Shown here: piece after piece, positions 1 to 8,856 of the stretch
Numbering within the stretch: the first letter of the stretch is position 1
How the letters are laid out: the number at the start of each line of letters is the position of its first letter
Source of the DNA: a virus
Lineage: Duplodnaviria > Caudoviricetes
Length of the DNA: 40,284 nt
Strand: one strand, 5' to 3'
Virus record (IMG/VR): IMGVR_UViG_3300027518_000018
Location: 1-40,284 of that record
Position numbers and translations under genes: made by a program
The notes under the pieces: model-generated
The model's input: only the letters and a program-made list of their open reading frames with translations
What the model was told of the DNA's origin: nothing
The model's database searches: none

Positions 1-72
1 GCATTAAACGAATATATAAATAAATTTAATACTGAGAACGATAAAGTTTTCACATGGTTTATAGGTAATTAA
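1..72 (+). CDS. 3' end of truncated virion/tail-associated gene (...ALNEYINKFNTENDKVFTWFIGN*)
   Basis: Open frame from base 1 to TAA at 70-72, one base before the ATG at 74. Confidence 0.6.
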   Translation, partial: ALNEYINKFNTENDKVFTWFIGN

Positions 73-73
73 T

Positions 74-1780
74 ATGGCAGGAATAAAAGATTATAGTACA
101 ACCGCAGCGAATAACACTACAATAGGAAGTATTAATACAGCAGAAGGTATGTTGCCTTCTAATATTAATAACTGTTTTAGAGGTTTAGGTGCTGAGATTA
201 GAGAATGGTATAACGATTCTCAATGGGTTATTTATGGTGATGGAGATAATGGTTTTACTATTACTTACGCATCTGCAACTTCATTCACAGTATCAGGTGT
301 AGATGTTACAAATTTTTATCATGTTGGTCGTAGAGTAAAAGCTGTAGGTTCTTCTACTGGAACTATTTATGGAACTATTGCTACAACTACATTTTCAACT
401 AATACAACTGTTACAGTAACTTGGGATAGTGGATCATTATCAAATGAATCAATTACAATTTATGTTGCAGCACTTTCTAAAACAAATGATTCAATTCCTG
501 AATTAGTAATCACTAATGCTAAAGTCGCAACAGGAGCTGCAATTGACGCAATTAAAATTGGCGGTGGTGCAGTATCTAATTTAGAATTTTCATATCTTGA
601 TGGAGTTACATCTGCAATACAAACACAAATAGATGCTAAACAAGCTACAATAACAGGAGCTGCTACAACTGTAGTAACATCTGACTTAACTGCTAGTAGA
701 GCTGCTATATCCAATTCATCTGGAAAGATTGCTGTATCAACAGTAACAGATACTGAACTAGGTTATGTATCAGGAGTAACAAGTGCTATTCAAACGCAAC
801 TTGGAACAAAGTTAACAGCTTCAAATAATTTATCTGATGTATCTTCTACATCTACTGCTAGAACTAATTTAGGTTTAGCTATTGGTACAAACGTACAAGC
901 ATATGATGCTGAACTAGCTGCAATCGCTGGATTAACTTCTGCCGCTGATAAAGGTATTCAATTTACAGGATCAGGAACAGCTGCAGTATTTGATTTAACA
1001 ACTGCTGGTAAAGCATTACTTGATGATGCTGATGCTACAACTCAAAGAACAACATTAGGATTAGGAACTATAGCAACTCAAAATGCTAACAACGTAGCTT
1101 TAACTGGTGGAACAATTACAGGATTAGGTGATCCGTCATCTTCTTCTGAAGCTGCTACTAAAAATTATGTTGATAATTTAGTTACTGGTCTTAGAACAAG
1201 AGTTATTGCAAGAGTTGCTTCTACTGCAAATGTTAATATTTCTACAGGATTAGAAAATGGTGATGTATTAGATGGTGTTACATTAGCAACAGGAAATAGA
1301 GTTTTATTAAAAGATCAATCTACTGCATCTCAAAATGGTTTATATATTGTTGTTGCTTCAGGAGCTGCTTCAAGAGATACAGAATTTGATATAATATCAG
1401 AAATTGCTGGACAGTTAATTTTAGTATCAGAAGGTACTACTCATGCTGATGATTTGTTTTTATGTACTACAGACACAAGTGCTACACTTGGTTCTAGTGC
1501 AATTTCATACACACAAGTATTTCCAAGTTCAGGTGGTACAGTAACATCTGTAGCAGTAGCTGATTCAGGATCTTCAGAATTTACAGTAACAGGAAGTCCA
1601 ATAACTTCTTCTGGTACAATATCACTTGCAGTTAATTCAATTGCTGCAACTAAGATTGGAACAGGTACAGTAGATAATACAGAATTTGGTTATTTGAATG
1701 GTGTAACTTCAGCTATTCAAACTCAAATAGATAGTAAAGCAAGTAATGGTTTTGCGATTGCTATGTCAATTGCCTTGTAG
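74..1780 (+). CDS. Tail fibre / structural fibre protein (568 aa)
   Basis: T/S/G/A-rich; three copies of E(F/L)xY(L/V)xGVTSAIQTQ; fibre motifs ARTNLGL, TLGLGTIATQNANNV, AATKNYVD; C-terminal GFAIAMSIAL tag. Confidence 0.8.
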   Translation: MAGIKDYSTTAANNTTIGSINTAEGMLPSNINNCFRGLGAEIREWYNDSQWVIYGDGDNGFTITYASATSFTVSGVDVTNFYHVGRRVKAVGSSTGTIYGTIATTTFSTNTTVTVTWDSGSLSNESITIYVAALSKTNDSIPELVITNAKVATGAAIDAIKIGGGAVSNLEFSYLDGVTSAIQTQIDAKQATITGAATTVVTSDLTASRAAISNSSGKIAVSTVTDTELGYVSGVTSAIQTQLGTKLTASNNLSDVSSTSTARTNLGLAIGTNVQAYDAELAAIAGLTSAADKGIQFTGSGTAAVFDLTTAGKALLDDADATTQRTTLGLGTIATQNANNVALTGGTITGLGDPSSSSEAATKNYVDNLVTGLRTRVIARVASTANVNISTGLENGDVLDGVTLATGNRVLLKDQSTASQNGLYIVVASGAASRDTEFDIISEIAGQLILVSEGTTHADDLFLCTTDTSATLGSSAISYTQVFPSSGGTVTSVAVADSGSSEFTVTGSPITSSGTISLAVNSIAATKIGTGTVDNTEFGYLNGVTSAIQTQIDSKASNGFAIAMSIAL

Positions 1781-1820
1781 GTACTTGCATTATAATATAA
1801 ACTAATATAGGAAATAAAAT

Positions 1821-2147
1821 ATGGCACAAAATTTTAGAAGATACACAAACAATAACGTAGGCACATCTGCTGTTACATCTTTCACAGCTAACTCATACGA
1901 TACAGTAGTTGGAATATCTATTGCTAATATAACAGGTTCTGCAGTTAATGCAGATGTTTATATTAACGATGGAACGAATGATATTTATTTAGTAAAATCT
2001 GCACCAATCCCTTCAGGTTCAGCATTACAAGTTTTAGATGGTGGAGCTAAGTTTGTTTTACAATCTGGCGATGCTTTAAAAATACAATCTGATACTGCAA
2101 GTTCATTAGATGTTTGGGTTTCAGCAGTTGACGATATAAGTTCATAA
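1821..2147 (+). CDS. Conserved 108-aa beta-rich virion protein following the fibre (putative adaptor), paralog of 38749-39075
   Basis: About 73% aa identity (hand count 79/108) to 38749-39075; same gene context. Confidence 0.75.
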   Translation: MAQNFRRYTNNNVGTSAVTSFTANSYDTVVGISIANITGSAVNADVYINDGTNDIYLVKSAPIPSGSALQVLDGGAKFVLQSGDALKIQSDTASSLDVWVSAVDDISS

Positions 2148-2160
2148 TAGGATTATATTA

Positions 2161-2916
2161 ATGGGTTACTTAGGATATAAACCAGCTGATAAACCTTTAA
2201 CAGCTGCGGATATAACAGATAGCATTATAACATCTGCAAAGATTGTAGATGGTACTATTGTTAATGCAGACATTAATGCATCTTCAGCAATAGCAATATC
2301 AAAAATTGCAGCAACTGGAACTTCTAATCAAGTATTAAGAATGAATAGTGGTGCAACTGCATTAGAGTTTGCAACTCCAGCTGCTGGTGGTGCTTTTAAA
2401 TTAGTTACAAGAACAGCAATTACATCAGATGTATCTTCGGTTTCATTTACAGGATTAACTGCAAATGTAATTCATCATTTTCAATTAAACGCAATAGATA
2501 GTGTGGCTAATGCTGGAGAAGATTTACTTTTAAGAGTTTCAACAAATGGTGGAAGTAGTTATCAAACATCAGGATATTATAATTCTTTATGGCAACATTA
2601 TTCTTCTGGTTCTACAAATAATCAAACAAAAACAGATTCTTTAATAAGTTTAAATGATGGAATGACTGATAGTGGAACTGAAGAAGGAGTTAATGGTTTT
2701 GTTTATATATATAATATTGGAAATTCAGCTCAAAAAGTTATGGCAGTTGGTAATACTGTTTCAGTTGCAGATGCGAATTATTTAAGAAGTAATCACATGG
2801 GTGGAATTTATGATACTGCTGGTAGCGTAACAGCAGTACAATTTTTATTTGATACAGGAAATATCTCAGGAAGCACAAAAGCATTTATAACTCACTATGA
2901 ACAGGTAATAATATAA
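2161..2916 (+). CDS. Putative fibre-tip / receptor-binding module
   Basis: N-terminal MGYLGxxP...ITSAKIVDGTIVNADINAS shared with other tip genes; variable beta-rich C-terminus. Confidence 0.65.
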   Translation: MGYLGYKPADKPLTAADITDSIITSAKIVDGTIVNADINASSAIAISKIAATGTSNQVLRMNSGATALEFATPAAGGAFKLVTRTAITSDVSSVSFTGLTANVIHHFQLNAIDSVANAGEDLLLRVSTNGGSSYQTSGYYNSLWQHYSSGSTNNQTKTDSLISLNDGMTDSGTEEGVNGFVYIYNIGNSAQKVMAVGNTVSVADANYLRSNHMGGIYDTAGSVTAVQFLFDTGNISGSTKAFITHYEQVII

Positions 2917-3122
2917 TGAAAAAAATTGTTAATGGTATTGAAATAGAATTAACTCAAGAAGAAATTTCTCAAAGACAAATTGACGAAGAAAAAGCAGAAC
3001 AAGACAGATTAGCTAGAATTGTTAAAAAAGAAACAGAACTTGCCAACAAACAATCAGCACTAAACAAACTTAAAGCATTAGGTTTGAATGAAGCTGAGAT
3101 TAACTCAATACTGGGGAAATAG
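2916..3122 (+). CDS. Small helical partner (putative fibre assembly chaperone)
   Basis: Coupled (TAATG) to the tip gene; ends KLKALGLNEAEINSILGK. Confidence 0.55.
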   Translation: MKKIVNGIEIELTQEEISQRQIDEEKAEQDRLARIVKKETELANKQSALNKLKALGLNEAEINSILGK

Positions 3123-3230
3123 TATGCTGCATTTATGCTTAATACTATATTTTAAATACATGCTATCTTTAGATTTCATAGTTAAATTTTTTGTGATACT
3201 AAATAACAACCAAGTTAAAAAAATTTAAGT

Positions 3231-3788
3231 ATGCCACTAACAAGAATAAAATCACTAGGAATAACTGATGGCACAATAGTTAATGCCGATATTAATGCTA
3301 GTGCTGCTATAGCTACATCTAAGTTTGGTGCTGGTTCTGTATTGCAAGTTGTATCAACTAATAAAACAGATACATTTACAACAACATCTACTTCATACAC
3401 AGATATAACAGGAATGTCAGCTTCAATTACTCCTTCATCTACTAGTAATAAAATTTTAGTTTTAGTAGAAATAAATGGTGGTGCTTTAGACCAAGCATAT
3501 ATTAAGTTAGTAAGAACTTCTACTGATATAAATGTTGGTGCTGCAGCTGGAAGTAGAACTTTAGCTTCAGGTGGTGATATGTATAATTTAGGAACTTCTG
3601 GTACAATAAGATGTACTCATTTATCATTTTTAGATAGTCCAAGCACAACATCTAGCACAACATATAAAATTCAAGGAAGAATTATTTCAGCAACTACATT
3701 TGCTATTAATCGTTCAACAAATGATGGTGATAGTTCTAATTTAGCAAGAACAGCTTCTAATATTACTTTAATTGAAATAAAAGGTTAA
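3231..3788 (+). CDS. Putative fibre-tip / receptor-binding module
   Basis: DGTIVNADINASAAIA N-terminal motif; VLQVV...SITPSSTSNKILV...LDSPSTTSSTTYKIQ...ITLIEIKG domain, paralog of 39085 and 40020. Confidence 0.7.
   Translation: MPLTRIKSLGITDGTIVNADINASAAIATSKFGAGSVLQVVSTNKTDTFTTTSTSYTDITGMSASITPSSTSNKILVLVEINGGALDQAYIKLVRTSTDINVGAAAGSRTLASGGDMYNLGTSGTIRCTHLSFLDSPSTTSSTTYKIQGRIISATTFAINRSTNDGDSSNLARTASNITLIEIKG
3369..3495 (+). repeat. 127-bp exact repeat, copy 1 (copy 2 = window end 40158-40284)
   Basis: Base-by-base identity from gatacatttaca to gctttagaccaag. Confidence 0.95.
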
Positions 3789-3789
3789 T

Positions 3790-4089
3790 ATGACTGATAT
3801 AATTAAATCAATACTTGCAATTAATCCTAATGCACAAGTTAGTGTTAATGATGAAGATATAAATCAAATAACTTGGTTTAATGGAACTACACCAATTCCT
3901 GCAAATGAAATACTTGCTAAGCAACAAGAACTAATTACAGAATATAATTCTAATAAATACCAAAGAGATAGAGCCAAAGACTATCCTTCAATACAAGAGC
4001 AACTTGATATGCAGTATTGGGATAAGATTAATGGCACTAATAAATGGCAACAAGCCATCAACGCAGTTAAACAGAAATATCCAAAATAA
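3790..4089 (+). CDS. Putative tail-fibre assembly chaperone
   Basis: Follows tip gene; R..DYPSIQEQLD..Y...W...I.AVKQKYPK motif shared with 5581 and 39657. Confidence 0.65.
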   Translation: MTDIIKSILAINPNAQVSVNDEDINQITWFNGTTPIPANEILAKQQELITEYNSNKYQRDRAKDYPSIQEQLDMQYWDKINGTNKWQQAINAVKQKYPK

Positions 4090-4092
4090 TTT

Positions 4093-4737
4093 ATGTTTAT
4101 TGAAAACAAATATAAAGTTTGGCATGATAAGATAATTGCTAGAGCTAAGAACAGAACATTAGAAGGATATAAAGAAGTTCACCATATCATTCCTAAAAGC
4201 TGTGGTGGTTCAAATGATAAAGATAACCTTGTAGCTTTAACAGCTAGAGAGCATTACATAATTCACATGCTTTTGCCATTCTGCGTAACTAAAAAATATA
4301 GATTTAAAATGATTAAAGGTTTTCTTTATATGAATGTAAAACCAAAAAGCACACAAAGATTTTATAAAATTAATTCAAGAATGTATCAAAAGTTTAGAAT
4401 TGAATATGGTATTTTACATACAGGATTTAAACATACTGAAGAAACAAAAATGAAAATGAGAGGAAAGAAACTTTCAGCAGAAACTAAAGCAAAGATTAAA
4501 TATGCTAGACAGTTTCAAGTTTATTCAGATAAGCAAAGAAAAAGATATAGTGAAATATATTCTAATTCAATTTGGGTTAATAAAGATAATAAATCTAAAA
4601 GAATACAAAAAGAATTAAAGCAAGAATATTTGAATAATGGATATAAACTTGGTAGAGATATGTCTTACATGACTAAAGAATTAAAAAATATATATTCACA
4701 AAAAACAAAAGCATATTGGGAAAGGAGAGTAGCATAG
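4093..4737 (+). CDS. HNH homing endonuclease with NUMOD3-like DNA-binding repeats
   Basis: EVHHIIPKSCGGSNDKDNLVALTAREHYIIH HNH core; HTEETKMKM and LSAETKAKI NUMOD3-like motifs. Confidence 0.88.
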   Translation: MFIENKYKVWHDKIIARAKNRTLEGYKEVHHIIPKSCGGSNDKDNLVALTAREHYIIHMLLPFCVTKKYRFKMIKGFLYMNVKPKSTQRFYKINSRMYQKFRIEYGILHTGFKHTEETKMKMRGKKLSAETKAKIKYARQFQVYSDKQRKRYSEIYSNSIWVNKDNKSKRIQKELKQEYLNNGYKLGRDMSYMTKELKNIYSQKTKAYWERRVA

Positions 4738-5577
4738 TTGTCATATATTGGACGTACTCCCATTGTAGGAAACTTTGTAAAGCTAGATACAATTACTACA
4801 TCTGCTACAGCTACATACAATTTATTAAATGGTGGAGTTTCTTATTACCCACAATCTGCAAACAACTGCATCGTATCTTTAAATGGTGTTATTCAATCGC
4901 CAACTTCAGCTTATACAATATCAGGTTCAACAATCGTATTCTCAGATGCTTTAACTTCATCTGATACAATAGATTTTATTTTAGTATTAGGAGATGTATT
5001 AAATTTAGGTACACCTTCTGATAATACTGTATCTTTAGCTAAACTAACTGCTACTGGAACTAAAGATGCTACAACCTTACTAAAAGGTAATAATACTTTT
5101 GGACTTGTAACACCAAATAATATTTCAACTGATAATGCACAATTAAGATTTATGGCGGCAACTACTTCAACAACAACCTTGACAACACAAAATGTTTTTT
5201 ACAAAACAACTTGGAATCAACAATTAATAGATAATTTTAATGAATTTGATCCAACTACTAATTATAGATTTACAGCAAGTGAAGCTGGTACTTATCTTTT
5301 TAATTGTTTTTGTTCTTTCAGATTAAATAGCGATCAAGATATAGCATTTTTAGCATATTATAAAAATGGTAGTGCATCATCAAACACAGATGTTTATAAA
5401 TCAATTATAGGTTCTGCTGATGGTGAATGTTATATGGCTACAGCATATAAAGTTACCTTGGCTGCTACTGATTATATAGAAATATTTGCAAAATGGACTT
5501 CATTAGGTTCTAGTAGAGAATTCAATAATGGTGCTATTGGTGGAGAAGCCATTTGGACAGGTTGGAAAATAGCATAA
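4738..5577 (+). CDS. Putative fibre-tip protein with C1q/TNF-like C-terminal head
   Basis: TTG start with AGGAG upstream inside the HNH 3' end; MSYIGRTP N-terminus; FDPTTNYRFTASEAGTYLF...TLAATDYIEIF C1q-like pattern. Confidence 0.7.
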   Translation: MSYIGRTPIVGNFVKLDTITTSATATYNLLNGGVSYYPQSANNCIVSLNGVIQSPTSAYTISGSTIVFSDALTSSDTIDFILVLGDVLNLGTPSDNTVSLAKLTATGTKDATTLLKGNNTFGLVTPNNISTDNAQLRFMAATTSTTTLTTQNVFYKTTWNQQLIDNFNEFDPTTNYRFTASEAGTYLFNCFCSFRLNSDQDIAFLAYYKNGSASSNTDVYKSIIGSADGECYMATAYKVTLAATDYIEIFAKWTSLGSSREFNNGAIGGEAIWTGWKIA

Positions 5578-5580
5578 ATT

Positions 5581-5907
5581 ATGAAAAATATAGATATTAA
5601 AATAAAACTATACACAAACAAGGAAGTAAATTTTTCTAAAGATGTACTATTACAAGACAATTTAGATGGTAAAGGAGTATTCATAGCTGAATGGAATCTT
5701 GATATACCTAAACCTACAATGGCACAACTAGATGCCTTTGAAGAACAAGCCAATGAAATTGAAAGACTAAACCTAGTTAAAGCAAATAGAGCAAAAGAAT
5801 ATCCTGACTTTAAAGAATACCTAGATGGTGTTGTTAAAGGTGATAATGCTCAAATACAAAAATACATTAACGATTGTTTAGCAGTTAAAGCTAAATATCC
5901 AAAATAA
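5581..5907 (+). CDS. XkdW-like tail-fibre chaperone
   Basis: LQDNLDGKGVFIAEWNLDIPKPT resembles XkdW family; C-terminal RAKEYP...AVKAKYPK. Confidence 0.65.
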   Translation: MKNIDIKIKLYTNKEVNFSKDVLLQDNLDGKGVFIAEWNLDIPKPTMAQLDAFEEQANEIERLNLVKANRAKEYPDFKEYLDGVVKGDNAQIQKYINDCLAVKAKYPK

Positions 5908-5956
5908 TAGATTTAACAATCCTAAAGAATAAGATATAAATACTGTTCATACAACA

Positions 5957-6712
5957 ATGAACATCTTAATAGCAATCCCCTGTTATGGTGGAAATGTTTC
6001 TAATCTAACATTCCATTCCATACTAAATACATTACGTTGGTTAAATGATTCTGGACATAATATCAGAGTTGAAACACTTCCAACTGAATCATTAATCAAT
6101 CGTGCTAGAAATAAATTTGTAACTAAGTTCTTAGATAATAAAGAATTTAATGGAACACACTTATTATTCATTGATGCTGACATAGGTTTCACTATTGATA
6201 ATCTAAAAAGAATAATAGATTTTAATAAAGAAGTTGTAACCTGCACTTATCCTGTCAAAGGTTTCTATTGGCAGCAATTACTAGATCGTATCAAGAAGAA
6301 TACAGATATAGATGAAAAATTAATGCGTGATTATTTGTTACAGTTTAATGTTAATCTATATCCTAACACAGAATTTAGAGAAGGATTCGCTCGTGTGAAA
6401 GAAAGTGCCACAGGTTTTATGATGATTAAACGTGAAGTGTTTACTACAATCATGAAGAAATTTCCTAATCTTAAATATAAACCAGATTTAAGAACAGGAA
6501 TAGAAGGATCAGATAATGCTTATGATTTCTTTCCTGTTGGAATATATAAAGAAAAAGATGGTGTTAATAGATTCTTATCTGAAGATTATTACTTCTGTAG
6601 ATTAGCTGAAGAGTGTGGCTTTGAAATCTGGACAGACTTATCTACGCCTATAAATCATTTAGGATCTACAGAATACTACGGCAAATTCATAGATCAAATA
6701 AACAGACGTTAA
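5957..6712 (+). CDS. GT-A fold glycosyltransferase
   Basis: ILIAIPCYGG strand 1, LINRARN, THLLFIDADIGF (DxD), ATGFMMIKREVF, SEDYYFC, C-terminal H. Confidence 0.85.
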   Translation: MNILIAIPCYGGNVSNLTFHSILNTLRWLNDSGHNIRVETLPTESLINRARNKFVTKFLDNKEFNGTHLLFIDADIGFTIDNLKRIIDFNKEVVTCTYPVKGFYWQQLLDRIKKNTDIDEKLMRDYLLQFNVNLYPNTEFREGFARVKESATGFMMIKREVFTTIMKKFPNLKYKPDLRTGIEGSDNAYDFFPVGIYKEKDGVNRFLSEDYYFCRLAEECGFEIWTDLSTPINHLGSTEYYGKFIDQINRR

Positions 6713-6786
6713 GTCTTGTAAATATAATATCATATATTATATAGCTGTCATGGCACCATATAATGAACAAGAACTGGAGTTTTTAA

Positions 6787-6912
6787 ATGCTTGATTACAA
6801 ATCAATCAAAGAATACTTTACTAAGTTTTACGCAGATGCTTTTGAAGATGCTAAGAAGTTTTGGAAAGACTATGCTAAAGCAGTTGAAGAATTCTATAAT
6901 AAAAATAAATAA
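6787..6912 (+). CDS. 41-aa amphipathic helical peptide (MLDYKSIKEYFTKFYADAFEDAKKFWKDYAKAVEEFYNKNK)
   Basis: Below ORF-track cutoff; GGAG RBS upstream; periodic aromatic residues. Confidence 0.6.
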   Translation: MLDYKSIKEYFTKFYADAFEDAKKFWKDYAKAVEEFYNKNK

Positions 6913-7014
6913 ATAATAGTTACAAAACAATAAGTTATAAAAAATAATTTTATTTACTTATTATTCAATTAATTCTATTTCCGCACTGCCTAACCAACTA
7001 ATAGGAGTTTGTGC

Positions 7015-7176
7015 ATGGCAAAGAAAAGTAAGTCTGCAGAAGACATCATATATGAGATCAAAGATTTATTGGATGATCTCCAATTGAAACTTGATCCAGA
7101 TGATAACTATATCTCTGAAGATGAAGATGATCTAGATGAGGATGAACTTGATCTAGAAGATTCAGAAGAAGAGTAA
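7015..7176 (+). CDS. 53-aa highly acidic small protein
   Basis: AGGAG RBS at 7003-7007; MAKKSKSAEDIIYEIKDLLDDLQLKLDPDDNYISEDEDDLDEDELDLEDSEEE; followed by terminator. Confidence 0.7.
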   Translation: MAKKSKSAEDIIYEIKDLLDDLQLKLDPDDNYISEDEDDLDEDELDLEDSEEE

Positions 7177-7189
7177 TCCACATAGTATT

Positions 7190-7210
7190 GGTGGCAGCAA
7201 TGCCACCTTT
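7190..7210 (+). terminator. Intrinsic terminator
   Basis: GGTGGCA-GCAA-TGCCACC 7-bp stem with GNRA loop, then TTT. Confidence 0.75.
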
Positions 7211-7249
7211 ACTTGATCCATTATAAATTTTTGTGTAATATATTTATTA

Positions 7250-7795
7250 ATGAATAAAAAAAAACAAAGGGAAATAAATAGATTATATCAAAGTAAATAT
7301 CGTTTTAATAATAAAGAAAAAGTTAATAAAATAAATAAATTATATCGTTTAAATAATAAAGAAAAAATAGCAATTACTAAAAAAAAATATTATTTAAAAA
7401 ATAAAGAAAAAATTAAAAAATATAATAAAGTTTATAATAAATTATATCGTTTAAAAAATAAACAAAAAATATCTAAAATTAAAAGCGAACATTATTTAAA
7501 AAATAAATATAACATAATAAAAAAAATTAAATTATATCGTTTAAATAATCCTCATACTCAAAGAAATTTGTCTGCCAAAAGAAGAGCATTACAATTAAAT
7601 GCAACTCCTAAGTTTGCCAATCTTAATAAGATAAAAGAGATATATAAGAAATGTCCCAAAGGTTATCATGTAGATCATATTATACCATTGCAGGGAAAAG
7701 TGGTTTGTGGATTGCATGTAGAATGGAATCTTCAGTATTTACCTGCAAAAGAAAATCTTTCTAAATCTAATAAAATTATTAACACCTACCTATAG
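7250..7795 (+). CDS. HNH endonuclease with N-terminal [10 protein letters not shown]-type repeats
   Basis: [43 protein letters not shown] core. Confidence 0.88.
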   Translation: MNKKKQREINRLYQSKYRFNNKEKVNKINKLYRLNNKEKIAITKKKYYLKNKEKIKKYNKVYNKLYRLKNKQKISKIKSEHYLKNKYNIIKKIKLYRLNNPHTQRNLSAKRRALQLNATPKFANLNKIKEIYKKCPKGYHVDHIIPLQGKVVCGLHVEWNLQYLPAKENLSKSNKIINTYL

Positions 7796-7834
7796 GTTGA
7801 CTTTATTTTAATACACACTATAGGTTGTGTTATT

Positions 7835-8062
7835 ATGAAAAGAAAGAAAACAGCTATATCTGCTACAGCTATAAGATTATCTTCTTATGAGAAGTATTCA
7901 AAAGAAAGAATGGATACAATCATTAAGAGATTAGATGATCTCACAGTTGAAGTTAAAGATTTAAGAACTGATGTGAGCATGGGTAAAGGTGTCATAGCAT
8001 TTCTAGTAGTCATTGGTAGCATAGCAGGTTCAGTAATAGGTTTCTTTCAATTCAAAAACTAA
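7835..8062 (+). CDS. Small coiled-coil protein with C-terminal TM helix (lysis-region, XhlA-like architecture)
   Basis: Heptad segment then GVIAFLVVIGSIAGSVIGFF. Confidence 0.55.
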   Translation: MKRKKTAISATAIRLSSYEKYSKERMDTIIKRLDDLTVEVKDLRTDVSMGKGVIAFLVVIGSIAGSVIGFFQFKN

Positions 8063-8079
8063 AACAACATAGGGTTACA

Positions 8080-8382
8080 TTGTTAAAAGCAGACAAAGGA
8101 TTAGTATCCGAAGCATTAGCTCAAGCATATTTCGCTAAAGATCCAAACTTAATTGTATTCACAGCACTGGGTGGCGTTGGTCCAATAGATATTATAACTT
8201 ATAACACTAAGACAAAAGAGTATTGCAACTATGACGTTAAGACTGTGTCATATAGAAAATCAAATACCAAGTATGGTCATAAAAGTAATGATCGTATAAA
8301 TAGATCTCCATCTAAAATACAAAAGAATTTAAACGTTAAGATTGTTTATGTTCATGAAGATGGTAAGGTAATTATAAAATAA
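8080..8382 (+). CDS. PD-(D/E)xK endonuclease (Hjc/resolvase-like)
   Basis: G..SE..A helix, PIDII, YDVKT motif order. Confidence 0.65.
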   Translation: MLKADKGLVSEALAQAYFAKDPNLIVFTALGGVGPIDIITYNTKTKEYCNYDVKTVSYRKSNTKYGHKSNDRINRSPSKIQKNLNVKIVYVHEDGKVIIK

Positions 8383-8426
8383 ATAAATTTATTTTAAGGT
8401 AGTTATAAAATAACTGAAAGGTAAAT

Positions 8427-8855
8427 ATGTACGAAGATTTAAAATCACGCATTAAAAAGCACGAAGGTTTTTTAGATAAAGTTTATTTTGATTCATTAGG
8501 TAAAGCTACTATTGGTTATGGTCATTTGCTTACAGAAGAAGATGATTTTGTTGAAGGAGTTATCTATGACAAAGATATATTAGAAGCATTATTTGAAAAG
8601 GATTTTAATAAGGCTGTGCAAGGTGCTGAGCAATTATTGGATGGTTACAATATTGCTCTTGTAGCAAAAGAAGTAATCATTGAAATGGTATTTCAATTAG
8701 GAAAGACTGGAGTATCTAAGTTTAAAAAAATGTTTGATGCTTTAAAGAATAATGAATATAATAAAGCTGCTGATGAGATGTTAAATTCAGCATGGTATAG
8801 ACAGACACCATCTAGATGTGAAGAGCTGTCTAACTTAATGAGAAGTTGTTATTAA
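8427..8855 (+). CDS. Endolysin, T4-lysozyme-like (GH24)
   Basis: HEGFLDKVYFDSLGKATIGYGH (E-x8-D-x5-T); MVFQLG; AADEMLNSAWYRQTPSR. Confidence 0.92.
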   Translation: MYEDLKSRIKKHEGFLDKVYFDSLGKATIGYGHLLTEEDDFVEGVIYDKDILEALFEKDFNKAVQGAEQLLDGYNIALVAKEVIIEMVFQLGKTGVSKFKKMFDALKNNEYNKAADEMLNSAWYRQTPSRCEELSNLMRSCY

Positions 8856-8856
8856 T

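Noticed and set aside
460-714. Antisense or nested ORFs of the track (460-714, 3215-3400, 4716-4964, 5472-5753, 5983-6246, 14154-14396, 15186-16072 set, 17733-18053, 18367-18591, 21755-21961, 22489-23221 set, 24947-25144, 27010-27192, 30412-30603, 33696-33905, 37502-37726, 38913-39188, 40001-40189)
   Set aside because: Overlap well-supported genes, have no recognisable motifs, and show typical shadow-frame composition
3231-3495. Diversity-generating retroelement TR/VR pair with 40020-40284
   Set aside because: No reverse transcriptase; mismatches are mostly synonymous, not confined to adenines of one copy, and lie at the N-terminus
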